A DNA stretch of 64,000 nt, from NCBI RefSeq assembly GCF_021028975.2, contig NC_059439.1, positions 35,278,001-35,342,000 of the forward strand. Reading direction: 5' to 3'. Both the position numbers and the translations under genes were made by a program. Origin of the DNA: Sphaerodactylus townsendi (Eukaryota). Within the stretch, counting starts at the first letter, position 1. The number at the start of each line of letters is the position of its first letter. Shown here piece by piece: positions 50,141-61,929 of the stretch. The notes beneath the pieces were generated by a model, which did no database searches, was not told the origin of the DNA, and worked only from the letters and a program-made list of their open reading frames with translations.

Positions 50141-50430
50141 ATAGAATCATAGAGTTGGAAGAGACCCTAAGGGTCATCCAGTCCAACCCCCTGCCATGCA
50201 GGAAGACACAATCAAAGCACTCCTGACAGATGGCCATCCAGCCTCTCTTTTAAAAACTCCAAAGAAGGAGACTCCACCACACTCTAAGATAGTGCATTCC
50301 ACTATTAAACAGCCCTTACTGTCAGGAAGTTCTTCCTGATGTTTAGGTGGAATCTCTTTTCTTTGAACCCATTACTCCTGGTCCTAGTCTCCGGAGCAGC
50401 GGGAAACAAGCTCGCTCCCTCGCCAACATG
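50141..50430 (-). mobile_element. CR1 LINE 3' fragment
   Basis: Matches the 38470-38760 family. Confidence 0.8.
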
Positions 50431-50494
50431 AAATCATGAGCACAGCACATCTCACCATGACATGCCTCTAAAGATGCCAGCTATAGATGATGAT

Positions 50495-50806
50495 GAAGAA
50501 GAAGAGTTTGGATTGATATCCCCCCTTTCTCTCCTGCAGGAGACTCAAAGGGGCAGACAATCTCCTTGCCCTTCCCCCCTCACAACAAACACCCTGTGAG
50601 GTAGGTGGGGCTGAGAGAGCTCCGAGAAGCTGTGACTAGCCCAAGGTCACTCAGCTGGCGTGTGTGGGAGTGTACAGGCTAATCTGCATTCCTCAGATAA
50701 GCCTCCACGGCTCAGGCAGCAGAGCTGGGAATCAAACCCGGTTCGTCCAGATCAGAGTGCACCTGCTCTTAGCCACTGCTCTTAGCCACTACGCCACTGC
50801 TGCTCC
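50495..50806 (-). mobile_element. tRNA-derived SINE inserted in a Penelope-like fragment
   Basis: Family match; flanks aagatgccagc and ggcgaaac. Confidence 0.85.
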
Positions 50807-50976
50807 TGTGGGCGAAACAACCAGATCTTGCCCACACTGCCCAAAGAACCCTAAAAAGCCAATATACCCCCCCCCTCTCTCTCTCTCTCTCTCCATGTTG
50901 CACATTTCATGAAAAGAAGCCAGGAGATCTCAGGCGTAATTTACCACTTGGTCCTCAGGTCTTGCCTTCTTTTTCC

Positions 50977-50990
50977 CCACTAGGTGGCAC
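50977..50990 (+). promoter_or_regulatory. CTCF motif upstream of the V5 leader
   Basis: CCACTAGGTGGCAC about 230 nt before ATG 51214, with a CRE half-site ACGTCA at about 51003. Confidence 0.55.
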
Positions 50991-51213
50991 AACAGAGCCT
51001 CCACGTCAGGTGAAGACCTTCGTTCAACAGGGGAAGTTTGCATTTTCCTGAATCGGTAAAGAGAACCATAAAGCACTCTTCTTCCGACTGGAAGACGAGA
51101 AGAAAGAACAGCACGCACAAGGGAAGGATTTGTTCAGCTCAGGCCCAACCTTTGTTTCTCTTGTGCATTTCGGAGCCATCTCCTAGGAGAAGCACAATCC
51201 AGCAGGACCATCC

Positions 51214-52798
51214 ATGTCCTTCAAGATAGTCTCAAGAACCTGGCCAGCTCTGCGGAAGCATCTCTGTGGACTACTTTTCCTATGTAAGTGGAGAGATTAA
51301 GATATTAAAAACTAGGACAGAGACGCTGGGCAGCCCCACTTCCCCAAGCAGGCTTCCCCCTCCTCCTTAGTTTGAGTTCTATCTCTTGCTCAACCAGCCA
51401 CTACCAAACGCTTCAGCTATTGCCACAATTCAGACTATCTGGGTATACTCCAAGAGCCCAAGCTTAGATGGCTATACACAAGGGCTCGTTGTAATTCCTT
51501 CCCTTGTTCTGTACTCCAAGGGAGGTTTCTTAAAATTGACTCGCACGAGTGGAAATGCCCCCACTGTACTATAGTGGTGCAATCCATGGAACATATGATG
51601 CTTAACTGTCCCAAATACGAGGAAGCTAGGGCCAGGCTTTTGACTTCCCTTCCTGCTAAGTTTAAGGAATACTCTGTTGCTGGGAAGGTTGCGTTCCTAC
51701 TAAACAACTCCTCTTCTGTGATTTTAAATTCTGTAGCTAGGTTCCTTTTAGGAACTTTGGAATAATACCTGTGATGGTTTTATGAATGGAACAGTTGCCT
51801 GGATAATGCTGGTTGTTATCTTGGTATTATGCCTAATAAAGGTTTTATGTATGTATTGCCACCATTGCTGCTAGTGTGGTGTAGTGGTTCAGAGCGGTGG
51901 ACTCTAATCTGGAGAACTGGGTTTGATTCCCGAACTCCTCCCCATGAGTGGGAGAGTCTTAACTGGTCAACCTTTCCACTTAATATCAGGGGAAGGGGCT
52001 GAAGGAAGCATAATCATAAGCATTTATTGTCATTGTGCACGCACAACAAAAATTTACAGCAGCATTCCTCGATGCACACCATTCCGGACTCATACCCCAT
52101 CCTCACTTTCCCCTTCCTCCACCCATCCCTACACAGCCCCAAACACATCAACACGAAGCCCCGGAGTTCAGCACCGCCACAGCTCTAGAGCAGAAGCTGT
52201 CTCTAAGCCTCTTTGTCCTAGTTTGGATAGACCTGTATCGTCTGCCGGATGGTAACAGTTCAAAAAGAGTGTGCTGGTTGAGACGGGTCTCTCAGAATAT
52301 TTTGGGCTTTCTTTAGGCTTCGGGAATTATAGAGTTCTTCCAAGGAGGGGAGAGGGCAGCCGATAATCCTCTGTGCAGTAGTGATCACCCTTTGGAGCGC
52401 CTTCAAACCACTTGCAAACAGTGGTGAAAGTGGTTTGAAGGAGGTAGTTCATAAGAAAAAAACCAAGCCGGAACATGTCGAGAAAAACAATGATGATGGA
52501 AACGTGTTATTCCAGGTATTGAAATCTACGGGGATGTTCTTCAGATTCCTGAGGTTTCTGTCTCTTTGGGAGGGACAGCAGAGATCCCCTGTAACCACGA
52601 ATCCTCTGCATACCAAATGCTCTTCTGGTACATGCACAGCCACGATGCAGCTCCTCGCTTAATCATCTCTACTTACCGTGATACAGTCAAAAAGGGCCGA
52701 TGGACTATGGAGGTGAACAAAGCCACCCTGTCTACAAACCTCTCCATCAGCGAGGCGAAGACGAATGATGCTGCCACCTACTACTGTGCTGTGAAAGC
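51214..52798 (+). CDS. TRAV: TCR alpha V gene segment V5 (probable leader 51214-51283, V exon 52516-52798)
   Basis: V reads DVLQIPEVSVSLGGTAEIPCNH...WYMH...DAATYYCAVKA. Probable leader MSFKIVSRTWPALRKHLCGLLFL|gtaagt is phase-compatible but atypical. Confidence 0.85.
51385..51856 (+). mobile_element. Degenerate non-LTR 3' end (RTE-X-like)
   Basis: LQGRFLKI...CPHC / SMEHMMLNCPKY; ends AATAAAGG plus (TATG)n. Confidence 0.6.
52008..52403 (-). mobile_element. Rex1/Babar-type LINE 3' fragment
   Basis: Near-identical to 15305-15693. Confidence 0.85.
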
Positions 52799-52837
52799 CA
52801 CAGTGGTGGGAAAGCAGAGGGCACCAGCTCAGAAACC
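52799..52837 (+). other. 23-RSS of V5
   Basis: CACAGTG + 23 nt + TCAGAAACC. Confidence 0.9.
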
Positions 52838-53054
52838 AATAGGGGTTGCGGCTGTGTTTTAATTTGATGGGTTTTAGCTGTATGTGCTTTAAAGTTATGT
52901 TGTGCACCGCCCAGAGCCCTCCGTGGTTAGGGCAGTATATAAAACCCAATAATAAATAAATAAAATAAATAAACTAATCTCTGACAGAACTCATCCTCTG
53001 CCAGGAACAGTTCCATCTCCTTAACATACTACTAATAGGTCTTAAGAAGAGTTT

Positions 53055-53345
53055 GAAGAAGAGTTTGGATTTATATCCCCCCTTTCTCTCCTGTAGAAGA
53101 CTCAAAGGGGCTGACAACCTCCTTGCCCTTCCCCCCTCACAACAAACACCCTGTGAGGTAGGTGGGGCTGAGAGAGCTCCGAGAAGCTGTGACTAGCCCA
53201 AGGTCACCCAGCTGGCGTGTGTGGGAGCGTACAGGCTAATCTGAATTCCCCAGATAAGCCTCCACAGCTCAGGCGGCAGAGCTGGGAATCAAACCCGGTT
53301 CCTCCAGATTAGATACATGAGATCTTAACCTCCTACGCCGCTGCT
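53055..53345 (-). mobile_element. tRNA-derived SINE (Squam3-like)
   Basis: Full copy. Confidence 0.88.
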
Positions 53346-54233
53346 GAATAACAATGAACAATAAACCAAAAACACTGCCAGTCCTCCTGCTGGAGAACAG
53401 AAACACACAAACTTTGATGCTTACTACTAATTTACTAAGTGAACGGAAAAGTGAAAATAAGTGCACTATTGTCTATTATCTTAAAATAGCTATGAACATA
53501 CATAAATACAAAAAGTTACAAAAAATACAAATCACTGTGGTTTTCACTTTTCAATACACTTAGTAAATTAGTAGTATCAAAGTTTGTGTGTTACAGTTCC
53601 ATCTACCCCACTCAGTGAGACATCTGCATCTCCAGATAGCTTCCTAAAAGTTGATATCTGCGTTAGACACCTAACAGCATTTGAAATAATGCATCAACAT
53701 CCGTATCGTTGCATGCAATAACCTGTGGTTAGAATTCAGGGTTATATTTGCTAGCATTCAATAGACAATGTATAATTTTTTTGTCTGATGTATCTATGAT
53801 GAAGTTTGCTTTGGAGCGCCTTTCAGAAAAACACTGAAACAAGACCAGCTTTGGGTGAGCATTCAGCACGCTCAGGGAACCCCCAAGTATGCAGGCAAAT
53901 ATTAGTAAATTCAAAAGGGCCCTCCCCTGAATGCTGCATTCCAGAAACACCAAGTCTTCATTTTCAAACATCTTCTTGACTGAAGAGATAGGGAGCTTCA
54001 GCTTTCGAAGTGGTGGCTCCATATTGAAAAAAAAAATCTTCTCCTTGGGTTTCTCATGGGAGTCTCTTCATATGCTTACAGCCACAGAAATNNNNNNNNN
54101 NNNNNNNNNNNNNNNNNNNNNNNNNNNNNNNNNNNNNNNNNNNNNNNNNNNNNNNNNNNNNNNNNNNNNNNNNNNNNNNNNNNNNNNNNNNNNNNNNNNN
54201 NNNNNNNNNNNNNNNNNNNNNNNNNNNNNNNNN

Positions 54234-54770
54234 CCAGCCAATCTAAAGATCAGACTGTACGACCAGGAATACCAATCTCTCCTGAGTGCTGCACAAAGCT
54301 CCTGTTCCCCTCTATACTTTGGGATCACCCCCCCGAAATCTAGCCCTGCTGTATACTTAGAACAGCTTGTTAATTAGTGCAGATGGGTCATGACAAGAGC
54401 AAGATGCAACTCATTCCCCTCTGTCTATCTTCAAGGTCATTTCCTTAACATCCCACAAAGTGAGCGTTGTTGTCGGTACTGTCCCAACGCTACGGACTCA
54501 ATCCCTCATATCCTGTTTTACTGTTCTAGGTATTATGATATTAGAACCGATCTGGGAGCTTTACTACCTCTAGAATTTATGTTTCTCTCAGACAAACTAA
54601 AAATGTCTCAGCTATTGAACAGCCCTAATGTAGAAATTTCTGAAGCAGTTGCTACATTTTTAATCCATGTTCTACATGATATATAACAATGATCCTGTTT
54701 TTGTATTTGGAATGGATGGTACTCCTGGTTTATGCCTAATGAAGGTTTTTGGATTGGATTGGATTGGACT
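54234..54770 (+). mobile_element. Non-LTR 3' end with CCHC knuckle (RTE-X-like)
   Basis: TRARCNSFPS...ERCCRYC...DSIPHILFYC; (TTGGA)n tail. Confidence 0.65.
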
Positions 54771-55278
54771 GAAGAGATTTAAACCCAGCAGAAGTAGAAT
54801 GAATGTGACTTTTGGAGTTATTTCTGCATTCAAAGGATCTGCAATCAGAGTGGTACCCACTGCCTGATTCTGGAAGAAGAGGAACAGAAGAGTTTGGATT
54901 GACACCCTGCTTTTTTCCAACCCTAAAACTAAATGTCTGGAGCTACACCCATATCTAGATCTAAAACCTTTTTGCATCTGATACTATTCTGCAACTATCA
55001 GCCACGAGGGGGAGATGTTCTTCGAGGTTTATCCTTCTCTAAGTTCAAAAAACTTAGCCTACAAGGAGATTCTGTCTGGTAACCACATCCTTCAATTTAT
55101 CCTCCCCCTGCTAGGACCGTAAATAACCCTGTGGTTATTTCAAAAGGAGACGGAGTCCATTGCATTCTTTAAGTCTTCTCATAGAGGAGGTGTCCTGCAA
55201 AACGCCCAGATTCGGATTTGAACCAAATTCTTCCTGTTTGTAGTATCTTCAGCTTCGTCTGCTACTGCTGGGAAGACC

Positions 55279-57003
55279 ATGCTCTTCTCTTGCACCTTGG
55301 CTGTGTTCATCTTATCAGTCTTAAGTAAGTGACTGTTTCTGTTTCCCCTCCTTATCTGTGTTCAGTATATTGGGGTACACTCCAGATGGTCCACCGTGTA
55401 TGCGTCACTTATTGTTTAGGAGAGTAAAGGATCCTTTGTCAGATTCCCCACATAGTATTGATAATATGAAGAAGAAGAAGAGTTTGGATTTATATCCCCC
55501 CTTTCTCTCCTGCAGGAGACTCAAAGGGGCTGACCATCTCCTTGCCCTTCCCCCCTCACAACAAACACCTTGTGAGGTAGGTGGGGCTGAGAGAGCTCCG
55601 AGAAGCTGTGACTAGCCCAAGGTCACCCAGCTGGCGTGTGTGGGAGTGCCCAGGCTAATCTGAATTCCCCAGATAAGCCTCCACAGCTCAGGTGGCAGAG
55701 CGGGGAATCAAACCCGGTTCCTCCAGATTAGATACACGAGCTCTTAACCTCCTACGCCAGTGATGGCGAACCTTTTCGAGACTGAGTGCCCAAATTGCAA
55801 CCCAAAACCCATTTATTTATTGCAAAGTGCCAACACAGCAATTTAACCTGAATACTGAGGTTTTAGTTTAGGAAAAACGGTTGGCTCTGAGGCCTGCGTT
55901 ACTCGGGAGTAAACTTGGTGGTAGTTGGTGGCTTTGCTTTGAAGCAACTGTGCAACTCTTCCAACGGTTACTCCCAGGTAAAGGATCGCGCTTGAGTTCT
56001 TTGCATGAAAATCAGTGGGGTTTAACAGCGCTTAACAGGGTTACCTACACTGCCTCCCCAAAATTAGGTCTTAGGTTTAATGCTAATAATTGAGCCCAGT
56101 GACCCAGGCCAGCCTAGATGTGTGTGGGGGACTCTGTGCGTGCCCACAGAGAGGGCTCTGAGTGCCACCTCTGGCACCCGTGCCATAGGTTCGCCACCAC
56201 TGTCCTACGCCACTGCTGCTCCTGGATGAATATCTATGAATGATGTTGATATGTATGTTCGGGCTGTCGAGTTGCAAATGACTTCCCAGCAAGGGGCTTT
56301 CAGTGCAAGGGAGAAGCAGAGGTGGTTTGTCATTCCCTTCCTCTGCAGAGTTTCCCTTGGTGATCGCCCATCCAAGTACCCACCATGCTTAGCCTCCGAG
56401 ACTGGATGAGGTTGGGCTGCATCATAACATTCTGCATCCAAAGAGTGTTGACACAGGGGGAAAATTAGCATGGGGAACGAAGGCAAATAGTGATAAAAAG
56501 TTGTTCCTTAATTTTAAAAAAGGTGTGAAAACCTGACATTAGCACCTGACAATAACAATATAGACGTATCAGAACAACAACAGAAAAACCCAGAAATAAT
56601 AAAAAAGACATTACAAGGTGCTAAGCTTTGCAGAGAAAGAGATGACAATCCATTCATCCACCTGACCATCTGGTCTCCACCTTTCTGCCATTTTCTTCTC
56701 TACAGAAGGGATCGTTGGACAGTCAGTGAACCAATCGGAAGGCACCGTGGTTGTCCCCCAAGGCAACCCAATATTTCTTGAATGTGGCTATCAATCGTCT
56801 CTGCCTGTCAATCCGTTCTGGTACATTCAGCACCCCGGCCACCCTCCCAGGATTTTCCTGAAGGATTTGGGCAAAGATGGCTCTGAAGAAGGAGCTCGTC
56901 GGGGCTTTGAAGCGGATCATAATAAAAACCTGAAGACCTTCCACATGAAGAAACCCGCCAGCCAGCTGAGCGACTCTGCAGTCTACTTCTGTGCCACGAG
57001 TGA
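55279..57003 (+). CDS. TRAV: TCR alpha V gene segment V6 (leader 55279-55324, V exon 56706-57003), TRAV8/9-group-like
   Basis: Leader MLFSCTLAVFILSVL|gtaagt. V reads QSVNQSEG...LECGY...FWYIQHPG...GFEA...FHMKKP...[12 protein letters not shown]. Confidence 0.93.
55468..56222 (-). mobile_element. SINE interrupted by a hAT element (55758-56202) in the V6 intron
   Basis: hAT TIR CAGTGATGGCGAACC; perfect 8-bp TSD TCCTACGC derived from the SINE head. Confidence 0.88.
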
Positions 57004-57042
57004 CACAGTGAGATTGGCCAAAAGAGGCGCCGAGAAAAAACC
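57004..57042 (+). other. 23-RSS of V6
   Basis: CACAGTG + 23 nt + GAAAAAACC. Confidence 0.9.
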
Positions 57043-58045
57043 TTCATGCAAGAACAAGCAGAAGGAACATTCACAACATATTCAGTGACTCAAGAAGTAA
57101 TGCTGTTACACACCAATTTTTTTTTGGGGGGACCCCTAATTTGAGGGGTTTCTGAGTTCATTCAGCCACCCTTGCTGTGGTCCCGTCTACTGTTCTACAC
57201 ATGCTTCAAGTCAGAAAGTTACAAGACGAATTCTCAGAAGTTCACCCAACCAGGATTGGCTCCAATAGTTGATGGTCTTGGAACATCATCAAACTTAAGT
57301 GGAAACTCTCTTTGCTTAAAATATATATATGGGGAAGAAAGTATGTGCAATGTTATGGAATCAACAAGATGTTTGGGATCAAGAACGTGAAGAACCATCC
57401 CACCGTTCTGCTTCTATGAAACAGGCTCCCTAATCATTGTGTGCTATGGTCACCAAAACAGGCAGGCATAAGGAGAACTGAGAAAACTCCCCCAAACCCT
57501 AAATTCTACTTCTTGAGACACTGGGAACTAGATATGCCTGGGGACTGGAGTCTGGGATAAATGATTTCCCATCCTTGATTCAGTGAATGGGATTCAGTCA
57601 ACTGTTCTACTAAATCTAGCCTAGTTCTCCTCTTTACGACCCCTCGTAACTCACACGGCTGTTGCCCCATAATTAGGGTCACCAGCTCCAGGCTCAGAAA
57701 TACCGGGATATTTGGGGTTGGAGCCTGGAGAGGGTGGAGTTTGGGGAGGGAAGGGACCTCACTGTCGTAAAATGCTTTGACATCACCCCCTGGAGTTGCC
57801 ATTTTGTTCAGGTGGATTGATATTTATTGTGAAGATCAGTTGTAATTATGGGACATCTAGAGACTGGCAACCCTAAATAATTACCAGCATGTCACCAAAA
57901 AAACGATCTTGCCCAGTGGAAAACCTGGTTGGACCCCACCCGTTACAACTTTGCCAATTCTCTTATTTTTAGGAATAGACACGGTACAAAATGTCACACG
58001 TGTGAAATGACTACCTTTATTCTCTTGTCCAACCGTTTGATGTAG

Positions 58046-58342
58046 GCATGCTGGGGAGACCTCAGAAGATCGAGCAGCCGGCCACAGCGATAGCCTTGGA
58101 GGGAACATCCTTCAAACTGAATTGTAGCCTCTCTTCAGTTACCACTGAAAAGGTCCTGTGGTATCGACAGGTTTCCAGCCAGGGACCTCAGTATATTGCT
58201 GGAGTCTATCCAGGCTACCAAGAAAAAATTCCTACTCCGAACAGCACAGTGGATTTCCCTAAAGATAAGAAGTCCACCACCCTTGAGCTACATCCCGTCA
58301 CCCTGGGAGAGGCTGCTGTGTACTATTGTGCTCTGAGTGACG
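58046..58342 (+). CDS. TRAV: TCR alpha V exon V7 (TRAV4/26-group-like), no intact leader found
   Basis: Acceptor tgtag at 58045. Open frame KIEQP...LNCS...WYRQVSSQGPQY...DKKSTTLEL...AAVYYCALSD. Confidence 0.85.
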
Positions 58343-58381
58343 CACAGAGGGTAAGGGTGGGACTTTTGCGGTACATTAACC
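58343..58381 (+). other. 23-RSS of V7 (variant heptamer)
   Basis: CACAGAG + 23 nt + ACATTAACC. Confidence 0.75.
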
Positions 58382-58616
58382 CCATTCAAAGGAAGAGCAG
58401 GAAAAGAGGCCACGACATCTTGAAGAGAGAAGCACAGCAAAAGTCAATACACAGTCAAAACTTTATGTNNNNNNNNNNNNNNNNNNNNNNNNNNNNNNNN
58501 NNNNNNNNNNNNNNNNNNNNNNNNNNNNNNNNNNNNNNNNNNNNNNNNNNNNNNNNNNNNNNNNNNNNNNNNNNNNNNNNNNNNNNNNNNNNNNNNNNNN
58601 NNNNNNNNNNNNNNNN

Positions 58617-59352
58617 CCCTTTCTCTCCTGTAGGAGACTCAAAGGGACCGCATTACCCCATATGTCCCGCCCCGCCCTCTGCGCTCAGCAGAGGCAAATC
58701 TACTGGAGATCCCTGGCCTCTCGATGACGCGGCTGGCCTCCACACGGGCCAGGGCCTTTACGGCTCTGGCCCCGGCCTGGTGGAACACGCTACCACCAGC
58801 TGTCCGGGCCCTGCGGGACCTTGGAGAGTTCCGCAGGGCCTGTAAGACCGAGCTGTTCCACCCGGCCTTTGGAGAGTCCAGCCGCTGATAGTGCCACCCC
58901 CCCCCCCCGCTACTCATAAGGTCCCCTAACATCATGGGGACCAATTTCCTATCTGGAGAGGGTGTATATAGGTTTGTGGGCTACTGTTTTAGAATGTAAC
59001 TGTTTTAAATTGTATGTTTTATATATAATTCTATGTTGTTCACCGCCCTGAGCCCTTCGGGGATAGGGCGGTATATTAAATTTAATAAATAAATAAAGAA
59101 AGAAAAGGGCTTATAATCTCCTTTCCCTCCCCCACTCACAGCAAACACCCTGTGAGGTGGGGGGGGCTGAGAGAACTCCGAAAAGCTGTGACTAGCCCAA
59201 GGTCACCCAGCTGGCATGTGTGGGAGTGAACAAGCTAATCTTGTTCACCAGATAAGCCTCTCTTCACAGCTCAAGCAGCAGAGTGGAGAATCAAACCCGG
59301 TTCCTCCAGATTAGAATGCACCTGCTCTTAACCACTACGCCACTGCTGCTCC
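58617..59352. mobile_element. SINE (minus strand) interrupted by an L2-type LINE 3' end (plus strand, about 58648-59100)
   Basis: L2-like tail caccgccctgagccc...agggcggtata...(TAAA)n. Confidence 0.75.
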
Positions 59353-59354
59353 TG

Positions 59355-59475
59355 TACCACTTAGCTAATATTTTCCCTCAGAGTTTGGTTTCTGTGCATT
59401 TGGGTGGGAAATATGACGATCCGGTGTTTTTTCTTCCCATAAGGGATCAATGGAGATTCAGTACAACGGACCCAT
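59355..59475 (+). pseudogene. Truncated relic of a V8-like segment (intron end plus first about 10 codons)
   Basis: Closely similar to 61400-61520 (cctcagagtttggtttctgtgcatttggg...ttcccataag|GGATCAATGGA). Reads GINGDSVQRT, then diverges. Confidence 0.75.
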
Positions 59476-60266
59476 CTTGATCCAGAGCAAAAGTCAATAG
59501 ACAGACTGTAATTTCGAAACCTGATCTAGATGACCCAGGCCAGCTCAATCTTGTCAGTTCTCAGAAGCTGAACAGGATTCGAACCCAACTCTCCAGATCA
59601 GAGTCCGCTGCTTTTACCCACTACACCATCCTGGCTGTCTTCGCATCCTTGCATTAAAATTCTTTTCAACACAATGCACATACTTACTAGAAAGCGACGT
59701 TGATACGATAGAGTTCCATTCTCCACCTGACTCTCCTTTTCTTTCAGAGAACAGAATAGCTCTAAAGGAAGTAACACTATAAATAATTAAAACATTAAGC
59801 CCCTTTTATCTTCACCTTCATTGTTAACCACAACTGTGCTGCCCACTCCCCAGCTTGTCATACATGACGTATTTTAGGGATGTTCTCAAAAGTTGTCCTT
59901 TATTTACTCTTGTTGACTTGAAGGTGCTGAAATCTGGACCAAAATCTGACTGTTCTATTGCAGATCAACACGGTGACCCTCTGAAACTATTTTCATCTAC
60001 TTGTGGTCCTGTTGTATCTATCGTCTTTTCTAATAATCCAGACTGGAAGGTCAGCACAATCTGTTTATTGATTGTGTGTTGCAAACAGTGTACGTGTCCA
60101 GCATTTCCAGAACTGAAGGCAAACCGGTGGCTATATTCCCCTGCGAGTTTCTTCCCCCGAAACCTTTCCAAAAACCGAAATTGCTGAACACAGAGCTCAT
60201 AAAAGCCTCTCTTGCTTTCAAAAGCGTAGAGCTTAAGGAAGTGTAGAGTTTAAGGAAAGGAAGCCT

Positions 60267-60742
60267 TTGATTGAAGTCTATAAAATTATGCCTGGGGTAG
60301 AAAATATTGACAGAGAGAAATTTTTGTCTCTTTCTCACAATACTAGAACCAGGGGGCATTCATTGAAAATGCTGGGGGGAAGAATTAGGACTAATAAAAG
60401 GAAACACTTCTTCACGCAACGTGTGATTGGTGTTTGGAATATGCTGCCACAGGAGGTGGTGATGGCCACTCACCTGGATAGCTTTAAAAAGGGCTTGGAC
60501 AGATTTATGGAGGAGAAGTCGATCTATGGCTACCAATCTTGATCCTCCTTGATCTGGGATTGCAAATGCCTTAGCAGACCAGGTGCTCTGGAGCAGCAGC
60601 AGAAGCAGAAGGCCACTGCTTTCACCTCCTGCACGTGAGCTCCCAAAGGCATCTGGTGGGCCACTGTGAGTAGCAGAGTGCTGGACTAGATGGACTCTGG
60701 TCTGATCCAGCAGGCTCGTTCTTATGTTCTTATGTTCTTATG
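60267..60742 (+). mobile_element. CR1 LINE 3' fragment
   Basis: IEVYKIM...TRTRGHSLK...; CR1 tail. Confidence 0.9.
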
Positions 60743-60998
60743 AAGCCAAGTCGTCTCACTTCCCAAGCTCAAGTCTCTAGGTTGAAGACTAGAAAAGACA
60801 ACCACAAGAGGTTAACCGAAAGACGGAAGGAGGAAATCAAATGGTTTCCAGGCAGCTTAGGCTAGCTTTGCTGCAGAATGTGGGTTCTTATTCACCAGCT
60901 GGTTAAGAGCTAAGAGAGATCCGCCTTCGTGACAAGGTCCACCTCCAGCACAGCATAGTTTTGAATCGGGTCGGATTCAAGCATTTGGATTCATCACC

Positions 60999-61774
60999 AT
61001 GATATCTCTGACAACTCTAATTGTATCAATGGCTTTCATTTCAGGTAAGCAGCCTTCTTCTTGGTTGTGGTGGGTTTTCCAGGCTGTGTGGCCATGGTCT
61101 GGTAGATCTTGTCCCTAACGTAGATCATAACGTCTGGTAGATCTTGTTCCTCGCCTTTTTCTTCTCCAATTTCTCCATGTTTGGAGGAGGGCTTTGGCTC
61201 CCAGATCTCTTCTTCATCCAGTCTTCACTGGTGTTCTGTCATCCTGGCCGCAAGTATGTTGTGTTCCTTCACACCTTGTATCTTCTACTCTCTATTTTCC
61301 ACCCCAGGGTAAACAAACAAGAGTTGATTCCACTATATGTGTCTTCCTGAACTTTCTTTCATCTCTCACTTTGGGAAACTTTACATGCAGGAATGTTTGC
61401 ACTACTTAGTTAATATTGTTCCTCAGAGTTTGGTTTCTGTGCATTTGGGAGGGAAAAATGAAAATCCGGTGTCTTTTCTTCCCATAAGGGATCAATGGAA
61501 ATTCAGTAAGACAGACCCAGAGCCCTCTTCTCATAGAGGAAGGAGAACCCGTGTTTATCAACTGTACTTACGAACATTCTGGCTTTCCAACTCTGTTCTG
61601 GTACATTCAACGCTCGAACAGCGAGGGCCCCCAGCTTTTGGTGGCAGGATATTCTAGAAAAGAGAATAGCGGCAGCTTCTTCGCGGAACACCTCAAGGAT
61701 GGAAAATCCTTCCATTTGCAAAAAGGACTCAGCACCCAGAGAGACTCGGCCACCTACTTCTGTGCCATGAGTGA
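60999..61774 (+). CDS. TRAV: TCR alpha V gene segment V8 (leader 60999-61044, V exon 61489-61774), TRAV9-like
   Basis: Leader MISLTTLIVSMAFISG|gtaagc. V reads GINGNSVRQT...INCTY...PTLFWYIQ...SFHLQKG...DSATYFCAMSD. Confidence 0.93.
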
Positions 61775-61813
61775 CACAGTGGAGGAAACCCCAGCCTCAG
61801 CTGTATGAAAACC
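61775..61813 (+). other. 23-RSS of V8
   Basis: CACAGTG + 23 nt + ATGAAAACC. Confidence 0.88.
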
Positions 61814-61929
61814 ACCAGAGGGGAACTCCAGCACACATTTGGGTGGAACAGGGAACGAATAGAAAAAATGTACATGAGTTAGACCACGATCAAACAACAT
61901 TTTTTTTTTAAAAAAAGAATAGATAGGAC

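Noticed and set aside
2198-58616. N gaps repeatedly abutting the same SINE position
   Set aside because: This reflects assembly failure at G-run/(CTT)n SINE tails, not biology.
58048-58845. 265-aa ORF extending V7 into a longer protein
   Set aside because: It reads through the RSS, an N gap, and SINE and L2 sequence; only 58046-58342 is V.
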